Source: Hydrolagus colliei (taxonomy: Eukaryota). From it: DNA of 64,000 bases. Positions 23,431 to 36,858 of the stretch are shown here, piece by piece (position 1 is the stretch's first letter; every line of letters begins with the position of its first letter). Position numbers and translations under genes: made by a program. Location: the NCBI GenBank assembly GCA_035084275.1, contig CM068751.1:16678001-16742000 (forward strand), given 5' to 3'. The notes beneath the pieces were generated by a model. That model saw nothing but the letters and a program-made list of their open reading frames with translations. It was not told the DNA's origin and did no database searches.

Positions 23431-26239
23431 AAGAAGAACAGGAGAGTTAACTGGCTCATTGCATTGAGCCTGTTCTACCAGTTTTATGAGAATGTGACAG
23501 ATGTGTTAATCCCAATGCACCCCTCCCTTTTGCCATTGCCCTTACCACTACAAAATTACATTTGTATCGCACCTTTCACATCGGGAGGACATTCCAAGGC
23601 GCTGAAATACCTCCACTACCCTTCGGACACCACACTTGTGAGAGAAGCTTGTCTGGGATCATTATGGGTTCTTTCTATTTACAGCACAGTTTGTGTCAGT
23701 ATCTGTTTGCCTATTCCCAGCACAGCCTCGGCCCCATTAAGGTAACCATTAGTTTGCTTGGAAGTAGTTAAGTGACTGCATTGTGGCTCTAATTGGCAGG
23801 TGTGACGGTTTTCATTTGAGAATTGTCACTAACTTGCAATGTTAATGTTTAAATCTCCTTGTCTCCCACAATGACCTCAAATGCTATAACACAATGGATT
23901 TTCTGCGTGATGGATCACTCTACTGGATTTAGTAAATGTAGGTATTGGCTGGCTCATTAAGGCCGCTTAGAATTGCAATGGCAATTACACTTGTATAGCA
24001 CAATACAAGTGTAGATGAAGTGTTTTATAATAATAATCCTTGCATTTGATATAACGCTTTTCACATCTTCTAGACATCTCAAAGCCCTTTGCAGAATATA
24101 CTGTAAAGTAAATTCACTGTATATTTGTGGGTGAAATGTGGCAGCCAATTGCACGGCAATGAACCACAAACAGTCGTGGATTGAAATGACCAATTTATTA
24201 TTATAGGTTTATTATTATTCATCTATTATAGTTGTGGGAGAGAGAAGAAAAGGTTTGTACAATATGTTTTGATAGTGTGGGTCCCAGCATGCCTTTCCAT
24301 TTGTTAATTATTTTGTGACTTTCCCGATGAATGTGCGGTAGCATTGCCAAGGAGGTTTTTTTTTATTTAAAAAAAACACGAGAATTCACGTAGCATGTCT
24401 ACGAACGTCTACTTGCCTCTTAACCTCCTGTTTAGTTGGTCTAGAGATTGCTTTAGATTCCTGTAGGAACTTTTCTGTTCACTTTTAAGTATTGATGGTT
24501 GCCCGCTCTCTCCATGGTGCATAACTGGAATGATTCCTGCGGACAGCAAGGCTTTAGTGGATTGTTTGAGAAACGCCAAGGCCTCGTGGGTCAAAATTGC
24601 TGTTATGCTAAACATCTTTCTGTTCCCCCCCCCCCCCCCCCACCCCACTCCCTCTCCCTTTACTCCATGGAAGAACATTGGGCTCTGGCCCTTTTGACTG
24701 ATTCGCTGGAGTGGAGCAGGCATAAGTGAGGAAGCGAAAGGGTTTTCTGTAACATTGTACAATACAGGCCATTCCATTCAAATCCACCTTGCCACAGATT
24801 ATTGCATCTATTACCTTGACAGAAATATATGACTTGGGTTTTGCCCACACATATACAGTCAATTCACTTTTACAGTACAGTCTGTGAAGCGCTTTGAGAC
24901 GGCTAGAAGACGTGAAAAGCACTCTTATCAAATGCAAGGAATATTACTATTATTAATATTCAATACAACTCAGGCACCTGCTTGTGCTGTCGTCCTTCCC
25001 TCTGATGTCCTGTGATTGAAAGAGATCCAGCTTTAAAGTGCTGAGGTATCAAATGACTCATTCAGACCAGTTCCCACCGCCAAGCGAATCAGATTGAGGT
25101 TTAAATTGATTTAGTAGTGATTTAAACTTTGCTTGTCTTTGCCCTGAGGGACTTTCTTTTCTCTAAGAAAAACTCTTTTTTTTATATACATGATACCCTG
25201 GCTGATAGCTGTGTAATGCAAGATACCTTGCAGCTGTTCTGTCGAGAACAGGCATATCTTTTCACTGTAGAGGTTAGGTTCAGCCACCTCCGCTGATTCA
25301 CTTTTGTTTCCTTCTTGTTTTAAAAGTGTTGAGCTGTATTAAAGAGATCGAGGAGCTAGCCGGGTTTGATTTAATCCTGTGCTAAGTTAGCTGATCTCCC
25401 TGAGGTGGGCGAAGAGACGTTACATCAGCCCTTCCATCTTCGAGCTGGAGAGGGAAGAGTTGAGGCTTGTTGCTGTTATGTGGAGTCTACCGCTAGAAAT
25501 TTAGGTACAGACAGGATCAGGTTCAGCTGCGAGACACCCTTGGTCAGATGGCCTGTCATCGCTCACTCTCGAGGCTTACAATTCAGGAATGTACTCGGGG
25601 AGTGACTGAACGGCTGCTGCTATCTATTACATTCTCTTCCCTCCCCCCCCACCCCTTCTCCCCCAACCCCCGTTCTCCCCCCCACCCCCCACCCCCTCCC
25701 ATGATTTACTCGGTTTAGAAGGTGGGAAGACACCTGTTGCATTTACTGAATTTCAAAACCGAAACCGTGTGCCTGAGTGTGGTTGGTGCATGACTGCAAC
25801 AAAACAACATCCAAGCTGTTCACATAGTGACGTAATCTGCACCTGTTATATCGCTGTCATTGAGATCTGCAATACTCATCAGATTTATGATGTACTGTGT
25901 GTGTGTGGAAGGATGTCAGCCTGGCTCGGTTGGTGGCAGTCTTGCCTCTTGAGTTAGAAAGTTGTGGGTTCAAGCCATAGTATAGGCTGGCACTCTTAAC
26001 GCAGTGCTACTTTGCGCGAGATACCTGCGTTTTGTGCTTTCCCGCCTCCAATCATAATGATCGGATATTAGTTTTGCGTAGATACCAAACCCGTTTGGAG
26101 ACCTCACTGGTTAGAGCACTATGTCTTGGCACGAGTAACACTAACCTGGTGGATTCTTGGGCAGTCCAAGGATTTCTTTAACCAGGTGCTTGGATCCCCT
26201 AGGTAAGCATCCTTCCCCCTGCCTACTTTCCCGCACTCA

Positions 26240-26640
26240 ACAACAACTTGTATTTATATAACTCTCCCAATGCAGGGTGGCATCCCAGAACGATTGGCAG
26301 AGTGCGACTCCGAGCCGGGGGGCGGTCGTGGGGTGGGGACGGGCGGGAGGGTGGAGGTGACGTAGACATCGTCCAATAGGAAGGTCTTCAGGCACGACCT
26401 GAATATGGGGAACCAAGGGCCAAGGTGGAGGGATAGAGAAATAGTATTATACAGTTTCGGGGCTAGTGGCTGAAAGCGCGGCTACCAATGGTAGAATGGA
26501 GAGCACAGGGAACATACAGAAGGCTGGAGCTAGTCAAGCTAATGCAGTGGGTTGGTGTAACCAGGTTAAAGAGCCAGGCGGGTGCCAGGGCATTAAGGGA
26601 TTTGAAAATGAATTTGTAGGAAGATGAACGGGTTTCAAAC
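26240..26640 (-). mobile_element. L2 LINE 3' fragment
   Basis: CAACAACAACTTGTATTTATATA tail. Minus-strand ORF remnant FIFKSLNALAP..SSSLLYVP..STIGSRAFS is typical of the L2 ORF2 C-terminus. Confidence 0.8.
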
Positions 26641-27249
26641 TGATTCTCATTTAGAGTCTCTGGAGTGTTTCTCACTAGTCCATATGGTCCCAGGGTTCAG
26701 CCAATACCAGTTCTTCAGATAGATGGATTATTGACCTTCCAATTTTCCCTCCATGTCAACCCATTCCCTGTTCCTGACTGCTCCCCTTATTGGCATGGCT
26801 GAAATAAGGAAACTCACCCATAGCTGACATCATCGTAGCTGAAGACTACTCTTCAAAATCTTGCGTGAGGGGAACAAAATTATTTTGCGTGCTACAAGTT
26901 GATATGAAAATCCAATAATAATACTTACATTTGATGTAGGGTTTTATACTGTCAAGTGTACAGTATACTGTAAAGTGTCGACTGTGTTTGGTGGATGAAT
27001 TTGACTCTGAAAGCATATTGAATTTAAAAGTACAAGTCTTTTATGAACAAGATTGCAAACTATTATGTGAGCCAGCTGGCTGAACTACAAGTGACCCTGC
27101 AGTCATTCCTTTTGAATACTATTCGCACTTGGCTTCGTACAGCTTTTATAGATCTCTGCTTTATTGACTTCTTTTTATTATTGTGATGCAAAGCTCCATC
27201 TTGGAACTGGAGTCAGGCTAGTAGTGGACAAAGAGCTCCTGTTTAACTC

Positions 27250-27600
27250 AATGTTGACAAGACGCAAGCCATTCTTGGCGCCCGTCAACGTCTTCTGTCC
27301 TGCGTCTCTGACCTCCACAGCCTATCCCTCAGGCTAACCAAATCGGTCAGCAATCTAGCCGTCAAGATCGACCCACAGCTGTCCTTCCTCACATCCGGTC
27401 CCTGATTAGCACAGCCTTCCTCCACCCCCGATCGCACTGCCTGCCTCCGCCCCTGCCTTATCCCAGACGCAGCCAAAGCACTCGTCCATGCGTTCGTCAT
27501 CTCCCGATCTGACATTTCAAATGTCTTCTTTGCCAGTCTTCCCATAGACGGGAGCCAACTGATGCAAATCTCTGCCGCCTATAACCTCACCTGCACTGAA
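27250..27600 (+). mobile_element. L2 LINE ORF2 fragment
   Basis: AATGTTGACAAGACGCAAGCCATT (NVDKTQAI) and CTCGTCCATGCGTTCGTCATCTCCCGA (LVHAFVISR) motifs. Confidence 0.8.
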
Positions 27601-27740
27601 CTCTGTACCTCAGTGAGGGACCTCAGTGAGGGAATGTTTCCTGAGGATCAAGAACGCTACAGAATGACTACGAGTCTCCACCTTTATGAGGAGAAGAAGA
27701 AGAAGATTGCTTTACATTCTCTCTTCTCTGCTGCTCTGAT

Positions 27741-28046
27741 GTGGAGTCCTGTAGCTCAGTTAGAGCACTCACCTTACAAGCGAGAGACCTGGATTCAATT
27801 CCAGGCAAGTCAGGGCGAAACTTGGGCAAGTTTCCTTACTCCACATGCCTGATAATAATCCCTCAAAAAACTAATAATAAATTGGTCATTTCAATCCACA
27901 ACTGTTTGTGGGACACTACTGTGCGCAATCGGCTGTCGCGTTTTGCCCACAAATACAGTCAATTCACTTTATAGTATATTGAAGCGCTTTGAGACGTCTA
28001 GAAGATGTGAAAAGCGCCACATAAAATGCAAGGATTATTATTATTA
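27741..28046 (+). mobile_element. Full-length tRNA-derived SINE
   Basis: Head GTGGAGTCCTGTAGCTCAG..AGAGCACTCACCTTACAAGCGAGAGACCTGGATTCAATTCCAGG, Deu core, tail ATGCAAGGATTATTATTATTA. Confidence 0.92.
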
Positions 28047-30224
28047 TGCTGTGTCTGCTGCAGAGTTCTGCTTAGGAAAAGATTAACATCCAAGGGAACA
28101 AGAAGCGGCCTGTTTATTTAATAAAATCACAAGGATTTGTGTTGCATAACCACATGAGATTTGTTAGAACTACAGGTTTTGGAAAATAAACAGCCTGGAC
28201 TCTTTTAAGTCTCCGCAAATAAACAGATTGATACAAGCTGATGATATTAAGCTCGTCTGAAAGTATGCTTGTTTAATGGGAATATTCTCCCAGGATTTTT
28301 CTCTGGGACATTTTTTCTTGCCCTCACCTTGGTCTCTTTACACTGGAATGTTTGCTAACCTCGCAGTTGCATTCTGCACATTTAAACAATAGTACAGTAC
28401 TTGAAACATAAGGAATGCTATCAATTCTGAGAACTAAAAAAAAAGTTCGATCCATAAAGCGTAGGTTTCCATTTTCTGATTATAGCCTGGAACGATGTGA
28501 TATAACTGACAAGTTAATGCAAATGGTAACTTCTAAGTTATTTTTGATTGCTTTGAAATACAGTCTGTCCCTCACATAATACAACCAGCAGCCTTCGTTG
28601 ATTTACATTTCAGACTGTTCTCAGTGAATGACGAGCCGTGTGGTTTTCGCTGGTTAGACTGTTAATCTGGAGTCCACAAAGTTTTGGCTCTTGTCAACTT
28701 GCACCCTGCTTACCAACGAACAGCTTTAGGTTGCAAGACACGGGGAAATTTCCACAAGCTGGAGGTACTTTATATGGAAATCTCAGTCTGGTTTGAATAC
28801 TCAAATGGGTTGCCACACTTGTTGGACAGCAAGCTGACCAAAGCTTAGTTTCAGTGTGATAAACTGGAGACGCAATCGATTGCATACAGCAATAACTTAC
28901 ATTTTACATAGGAAGTGTTGGGAGTGCTTAAATATTGATTTGGGATTTTCAAAATCCACCGCTTTCGTCTCTGATTGCTGCTTTTGTTCTGAAAATAATA
29001 CGTTGAACAAATGACAGATTCATTCACCTTAGCAATCAACATGTTCACATGGCAGTGATGAAATAATTCTCACTGTTCGGTGCCTGCTGAGTAGAATTAT
29101 AATTTTTTGAATAAGGTTTCGGATTGCGTCCATAATTACTGTGTTGGAGCAACTGACATTTTATTGCTATTAGTGTTTAATTGATATTTATGTTATACAA
29201 CTGCAGGGAATGCATTTTTTCCCACTTTTTCTCTCCTCTTCTGTAGACTGTTGGTTTCTTTATCCTTCTGTTCCACAGTTACCCTCTGGTACTCAACCAC
29301 ATTTCCATTATTGAAGTGTAAGGCTCTCCTTAACTTTCTTTTGCTGACCTCCAGTTTTCCTCATTTCTGATTTGAACCGTATCAGCCATAAGTGACGAAG
29401 TTGCCTTGACGAAGGCAATCATTTAATTGCAGCGCCCTCAACGGATAAAGCCGGTGTTACCTTTGACATTTCCTGTATGATAGTCATCTCACTTCCAAAG
29501 GCTTTGAACTTCCATTATCGGGTATCGGGTGTCGTGGGAAGGGTTTGAAGGTTCAAAAGCCACAGCTTGGTTTTGCGATCTCACTGTTTGTATCCCTCTC
29601 TTTCTCTAGTTGCTCACGCTGAGTGACAATGTGGCCCCATGCAGTGCAGGCCATTTGGAAAAATCATTTAATCATTTCAGCAGAGCCAGGTTCGAGTTCT
29701 TAACAAAATATAAACGCACGTGGGCTATCAGTAGGGGGTCAGGAGGAGGGAGAATACAACACCGTCTCGTCTCCGGCAGTTGACAAGACGCAAGACGTTC
29801 TTGGCTCCCGTCTCCGGCAGCCTTAAACGTTTTAAAAGGGCTGACGATCGGGACGCCTGCTGTGGTTTTGCAACCTGGTTTAAAAAAGATCTAGGGTTGT
29901 TAACGGAAGCTTCCGTCGGTGTTCTGTGACGGTTGGCGCTGGAATGCACCCACAAACGCACGCAAACTCAGCTGCAGGATTGTGATCATTTGCCAATAAA
30001 AAAAAGTTTTGGAAAGAAAACCTTTTTGCTGAAATCCCGCTGGCAATATCACCGAAAACAATCCGCATCTCAGCCCATGTTGTATTTGTGTCCGCAGAAC
30101 TTGTGTCTCTCTCTGTGGAAGGCTGACCAGCGGTAGTCAGTGGGGAAAGAAAGTCTATGTGATTATAGATGGATGGTGAAAACCTAACCTGCAGTATATT
30201 GCCGGTTTAAATCTGATATACATA

Positions 30225-30410
30225 ATAATAATAATAATACTTACATTTGATATAGCGCTTTCCACATCTTCCAAGACTTCTCAAAGCGCTTCACAGTGCT
30301 ACAAAGTCAATTCACTTTGTAAAGTGGATTGACTATATATTTGTGGGCGAAACGCGGCAAGCAAATTGCGCACAGCAGTGTCCCACAAACAGTCGTGGAT
30401 TGAAATGACC
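30225..30410 (-). mobile_element. 5'-truncated SINE copy
   Basis: (TAA)n tail plus ACATTTGATATAGCGCTTTCCACATC..GCGCACAGCAGTGTCCCACAAACAGTCGTGGATTGAAATGACC. Confidence 0.85.
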
Positions 30411-32831
30411 AGAGGAAGGAGTCAACAGTTTATACAGCTTCTGAGTTTATGAAACGTGTGTATTTGAACAGTAAAAGCATCCAAGGAGTTAATGGGAACT
30501 TAATGGCCGATCAAGACTGAATTGTACACATTTTTGGGTTGTCAAAACCATGAATCTCTCTCACCGTTCCTCTGTCTCTCCATTTTGGGAGGACCTCACA
30601 TTGCCTTTCCTGTGCAGTTGCTGTTGCCTCCTTCTGACTCGCTCGCTCGCTCGGCACAGCTATGCACCAAACTAATCTTCGTCTAAACCAATCAGCAGCA
30701 CTGATGCGTTTGCGTGGATGCCAGTACCTGTCTGCTGTGACGCACATCAGGAGACACCGTACCTCCCACTGCCTCGCTGCTACAAATAAAACCTTATTCT
30801 GCAGTTTGTGCATGCTGTAACACATGCAATAAATGGAGTTGAAACACTCATTATTTATTCAGATGACTAAAATCCTGTGCAAGCTTTAGCACAAATAAGG
30901 AAATCTTGGATGGCTTCACTGTTTGATGTATATGAATACTGTAACTGAGTCTTTTAATTGTTCCTAGAGTTACAGCGTGTAGTGGTGCAGAAGAGACAAT
31001 CTACTGGCCCTTTTGAGGAAATGGAACAATGCGGATAACCGATCATCATTTAAAAAAAAATCAAATTACCAGCTGTGCAAACCCAAAGTATCTTTGCATC
31101 AGGAATTAAACTGTGACTGTAATATCACACATTGCCAGCCCTTCACTCTTCCTCTGATTTTCTCGCTCTGTATCTGTTTGTTTGACTTTCTCTAGCTCCC
31201 TGGCTCGTTAGCGGAACTGAAGGAGCAAACTATTAATTGGGGGAAGGGTTTTCCCTGGCAATAACAACAAGAAAAATTACATTTGTAGAGCCGCCTTTCA
31301 CATCGGGAGGACGTCCCAAGGCGCTGTTAACCCTGCAAGCCAAAGCCCTCACTAAACAATGACCATAGCTAAACAATGGGGAGCTTGCTAGACTCTATTC
31401 ACAATGGCAAACTACAAGGCTTTAGCTATTCGAACTCCAGCAGTTAACCTAACAGACACCCTGGGCTCCCTAAACCTTGGCTTTTGCCAACAGTTGTGGG
31501 ATTAAGTGAGCAGGATTTTTCCCTTCGGAAAAGAGTGTTCAACCCATTGCAGACAAAGGATTTCTGGAATTCTCAGTGATTTGGATCCTCATGGTGTGTG
31601 ACAACCAACTATCTGACTGGGGGGGGGGGGCGGAAAACTAACTCACTAATTCTCTCCGCTCCCTATCTATGACCCTACAGTCTACAGCAAATAAGTTGCT
31701 CACTGAGCACTTATCTTGATGTAAATAGTCACCATATGAACACACAATGTTCGAACTGTAGTGCAATTTGCTGTGACAGGAGGAAAATATCATTTCATGG
31801 TAATGATCTGTGCGTTTGATGCAGCGCCGTAGCCCGTCATTGGGACGTCTCGTCTCAAAGCGCTTCACGGGATATAGAGTTAAATGTATTGAGTGTTATT
31901 CCAGGAAATGCACAATTCATGACCGTAAGTTGTAACGGAGGCCAGTTTATCTCCCGAGGCTTGATGGCCATGGATTTGACTCTCCTTGGCTGCCGTTTGC
32001 TAATTAACGGAAACAACAACAACGACTTGCATTTAGATATTTTTGTATAATTTTATGAAAGTCCTGTCTCTCACCTCGAGTCAAAAGGTTCAAGCTCCAT
32101 CTCAGAGCTTGTGAGCTCATAGTCTACGCTGACATCTTTTGGGGCTGGTGGGAATGTTGCATTAACCGAGGAGCTGGTTAGGGAGAGCTGATTGTAGTTG
32201 AAGTATGTGTGGACAGTGTGTCGATGCTGTAATGTGTATTGAGAGCTTCCTGCAGACAGAGGGCCCACTCCATTCACAGGACACGTGCTCATTAGCAGGC
32301 AGTTCACAATGTTTGTTTTACTCCCAGCCGTTGAATCGTTTTGAACAAAATCCTTCATTTCAAGTTTCTTATGGATTCAATCCTCAATCTCGTATTTTTC
32401 TTCAGCGGGTTAACGTGATTGCAGTGCAGTCTATTGCTTATCAGTTTACAACTTGCCTTGATATATTGCCTGCCGATCTACAGCTTGTAAAGAAAGCCCT
32501 GTGCGCGAGATGCTGGCCAGCGTGAAGAGACGCTATATAAATGCAAGTTGTTGTTATTGCTTGTGAACCTCTCGGGCCCTTGTAGGGAGAGGGGAAAAGG
32601 CTGAGCACGGTTAGAGCAGCCAGTGATAGGATCAATTTCGAATTCTCTTCCTATTAAATTAGAGTTGGGTTTTGTAAGAGTTCTATAATGCAGCACATTG
32701 GGTGAATCTGCATGTCCCCTTTTGTGGGATGGGACACACCCCACACACACCAACCTCACCAATTTGCTTACAAACTAATATCAGCTGTGGTTTAACTGTG
32801 TGATATGAGAGAAGGGGTAGCTTTAAGGTAA

Positions 32832-33105
32832 AGACCTGTGTTCGAATCCAGGCAGGTCAGGGTGAAACCTCGGGCAAGTTTCCTTACTCCACACGCCTAA
32901 TAATAATCCATCCAAAAAAACCACAATAATAAAATTGGTCATTTCAATCCACAACTGTTTGTGGGACGCTGCTGTGTGCACTTGGCTGCTGCGATTCGCC
33001 CACAAATATACAGTCAATTCACTTTACAGTATATTGTGAAGCGCTCTGGGATGTCGATACGATGTGAAAAGCGCTAAATCAAATGCAAGGATTATTATCT
33101 TATTA
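32832..33105 (+). mobile_element. SINE copy lacking the A-box end
   Basis: Starts AGACCTGTGTTCGAATCCAGGCAGG (B box); core and tail intact. Confidence 0.88.
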
Positions 33106-36032
33106 TATAAAGTCCTTGCAAGGCTCCATTCATGTTTTCAGAGCTGTGTTTTCACTGGGGGCGAGGGAGTGGGGTGGCGGGTGGTGGGAGAATCATGGGG
33201 AAACTTGATCCTGGCCTAGCAGCGATCGCTGTATAATATTATTAATATTGTTGTTGTTGTTGCTGTTGTAGTCCAGGAGCACAGAGATCATTCATTTACA
33301 GGACGTCGATGTGTGCAATTTGGCTGCCGCACTTGCTCAAAAATATAGACAGTGAATCCCACCTATGTGAGAGGCTCTGCGTGAAATGCAAGGATTATTA
33401 TAATAATAATTATGATGTTATTATAATAATAATAATCCTGGCATTCGATTTAGCTCCTTATCACATCATTGTGACCTCTCGAAGCGCTTCATGGTAAAGT
33501 GGATTGACTATATTTTGCGGGCAAAAGGCGGCAGCCAATTGCACACAGCAATTATTATTATGACTTCCGATTATCAGTATCAAAGGCCCACTTTGACTAA
33601 GATCAGATAATTCAGTAAATCGGGAAAGAAGCTGAGGCCTTTCCAGGCTGGCTGGTTTTGAATATCTACTGGATAAACTTGCTCAACAACTGGGCTAACT
33701 AGTCACTTCTTTGCCATGCTGTGAATCGATAGTCTCATATGATAAACTTATCACTGCCCTGCATTTAAAATGGGGGAATGGGGGCGGGGTGGCAAGATAG
33801 ATATTCTTCAGATCTAGACTTTTTATTTCCCCCCCTCTCACACACAGAAAACCATCATTTATCTAGATGAAATAAAGGAAACATCAGGTTTATGGTTTTG
33901 TTAATCTAGAATTCAAGGTTGAAAAATGTAATAAAATACAGTGTCACTGAAACAGAGGGAAGCTTCAAACAAATGCTTCTTTGTCCCAGTGCAAGCGATT
34001 GATTCTGACAGTGACAGACTGTTAACAGACATATTGCTACCAGAAAACTCGGCCGCACACACACAACACACACAGGCTTATCACAGGCTCCATGGTCGCG
34101 TTCTTGATTGTTTCACAGCTTCTCTAAATATCCAGTTTTTCAACAATGTTTTTGCTTTTCGTAATTGCTTAATATGAAAGTCAGGTTCCTCGATGGCTCA
34201 GCAAGTTTTTGTTGAAGGCTGGCCTTCACACAGCACCCAAAATATTGCTATGGCTGTAGCTTTCCTTTGTGCTCAACTGATGATCTCATCTGGGGCAGGC
34301 AGTTGTGACTACAATTGGCTTCAGAGACCCAGGTTAGGGGAAGCGCAAATCAGCTAAGGCAGCACTGATCAGCTTGCACTGATCCATCATGCAGTGACCT
34401 CCTGCAGAGGTAAGTGTGTGGGCATCGATTGGGCATAGGCCTGGGTTGTGATTCCCTGTGGTGGGACTGCCTGCCAGAACTCACTGTCAATTGTCAGACG
34501 TGGCTAATTGCCACTTGGAGGAGATGCTTAGGGTGACTAGTACACCCGCACATCAGTGATGGGGTTGGTGGTGGGGGGGGGGTGAGGTGTCGGACAGCAA
34601 GCATTGGAGAAATTGAAGGCAATTAATTAAAATAGATTGTAGAGACGTGTGTATCGGTTACTTTACATAGGTGACCTTGTGCTGGGTGTCAAGTGCTGGT
34701 GCAGTGAGGTAGGTTTGTTGAACAGTATTTGCATCCAGTTTGCATCAGTCAAAGAACAACTGGGATGAAGTGAACTTGGAACCTGCAATCAATGATATTG
34801 GGGGTTGGGTGGCTTGGGAAGCTAATGTACAAAAACGCTAAGAAGTGTTGCCCAGATTTAACATTTTTAGCTAACCAGTAAATGATCAGGTATAAAGCCC
34901 AGGATGAGAGAAATGAATGCTCATCATCGTTAAAATTGCGTAATTTTTAAAAAATAGTTCAATAGTGAGAATGCTACCCTTTGACCCATTAAATTAATAC
35001 ATCGATATCATTTGTTGCACAATGATTGACAGTGTCAATAGCATCACTTTAAATTTGGTTTCATTGTTCTCTTAAAAAGAGAAATGAGGACATATTCAAA
35101 GTAGATTCATGGCAAACAGAGGAAAAACAATTCTGTTGTTTTAATGCTTGTCCTAGGTCAGTAAATCTAATTTTTCTATCGTAGTTTCCTATCGTGCGTC
35201 CCTCGCACCCCCTCGCCCCCCCCCCCCCCCCCCCCCCACCCCCCATCTCAACATTGATTTTAACTACTTCAAAACTCAATCACAGCCTCCATCTTCTCTC
35301 AGCCTTTCCTTCCCCCTCCTTTTCTATAACCATTCTCACATCCTCTGGGTCTTAGATGCAGCTGAGTTTGAGTCATCAGGAAATTCTATATTCCTCGGTT
35401 TACAGTGTTATTTGCCAGTTTAGCTTTCCCCATTTTCATTCTAGTCCTGCTCAATTTTGCTTCCTACCGTGTTTGAAAGCAAGAATGTACAAAGGCGAAT
35501 GGATCTTTTGTGACTGGAATTTAAACTGTTTATATATTTGGGGGCCTTCGTCCCTTTCTGGGCCTCTCTCACTGCTGAATCTTCAGACTTCATAAGAGTT
35601 CACATTGCCCTTTTGTTCCCACCAGACCATATGCTCTTATCTTTCTCACTGATGTCTGTCCTTCTCTTTAGTATCTCTACAATCTATTAAATCTCTTTTC
35701 CCCCCTCCCCCTCCCCCCTCCCATCAATTACTGAATTCCTCTCACTCTGATCTCTGGTTCCTGGCCTCTTTGTATTATCTATTTGCAAGTTAATGCTAAT
35801 TCTTCCAAGGTTCTGTATTTCCAGACTTTGCACCATCAGCTTTTCCATCATTCCTCAGAACATGTTAGTTGAGTGGCCAACAATGGCAAAGTGCCAGATT
35901 CTTATGGACGAAATCAATTCACAAAACGTACATCCCGATAGGCTGGTGTTTCATGCGATTTTCACAAAAGCCTCAAAGCCATTAATATGGTCATTCTTAT
36001 TTAGCCAAAGAACCTACACTTACTTTGTTATT

Positions 36033-36052
36033 AGCCACTAGGTGGTGCGCTA
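36033..36052 (+). promoter_or_regulatory. Candidate intronic CTCF site
   Basis: AGCCACTAGGTGGTGCGCTA; the core has one mismatch to CCASYAGRKGGCRS. Motif match only. Confidence 0.4.
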
Positions 36053-36858
36053 GAGCAGTCTTGTCCTTCCAATTTCCTCTCCCTCCCCATGGGACAAGCG
36101 ACTGTCTTGCTGGTTAAGATCAGGAATTTGCTTTAAGTGAAATAGTGGGTGGGCAGTTGTAGTCTTCCCTATCCCTGCATTGATATAATAACCTATTGTG
36201 GAATCCGGTTACCGTCACTAAAATACCACACGGGTGTCTAACATGGAGTGTTTACAGCTATGCTAAAGGAGATGGCGAAAAATTGGATCTGCAGTCTAAG
36301 ACTGAATCTCATTCCAGCTTTGTGCTTCTGGAATCTTAGGAATGTTGCCTGTTGTCCCACGGCCCTGCAGAATGGGAAAGATTAACTGTAAAGCTTTGAC
36401 CTGGATTTGCAGAAAAGTTTCCCGGTCCAAAGTTGTTATCACAAAAAAGAGAGATAATTCCACTGAATCTTTTTCAAATCTCCAAGGAGCTTTATAGAGG
36501 TTTCCACAATTTTAAGTGAGATTGAGAATATGTTAGCCTGGCTCAGTTGGTAGCACTGAGACCTTGGGTCTCGCCAACCAGCCTAATAATTCTTGGAATT
36601 AGTTAGATCACCCATTCAATTTTTAAGTCATACTCCGTTTCCTGTCAACGCCTTCTATCCTGCGTCTCCGACCTCCTGAACTTCCCCAGCCTATCCCTTA
36701 GACTCAACAATGCGGTGTATCAGATACAACCAACATTGGGTCCCTGACCATGACTGCCTTACTCTAACTCCGCCACATTGCTCGCCTCTGACCGTAACTA
36801 ACCCTAGACGCAGGTCATCTGAGGAACAACAGCTTGAAAAATGTAGCATACCTCTTTC

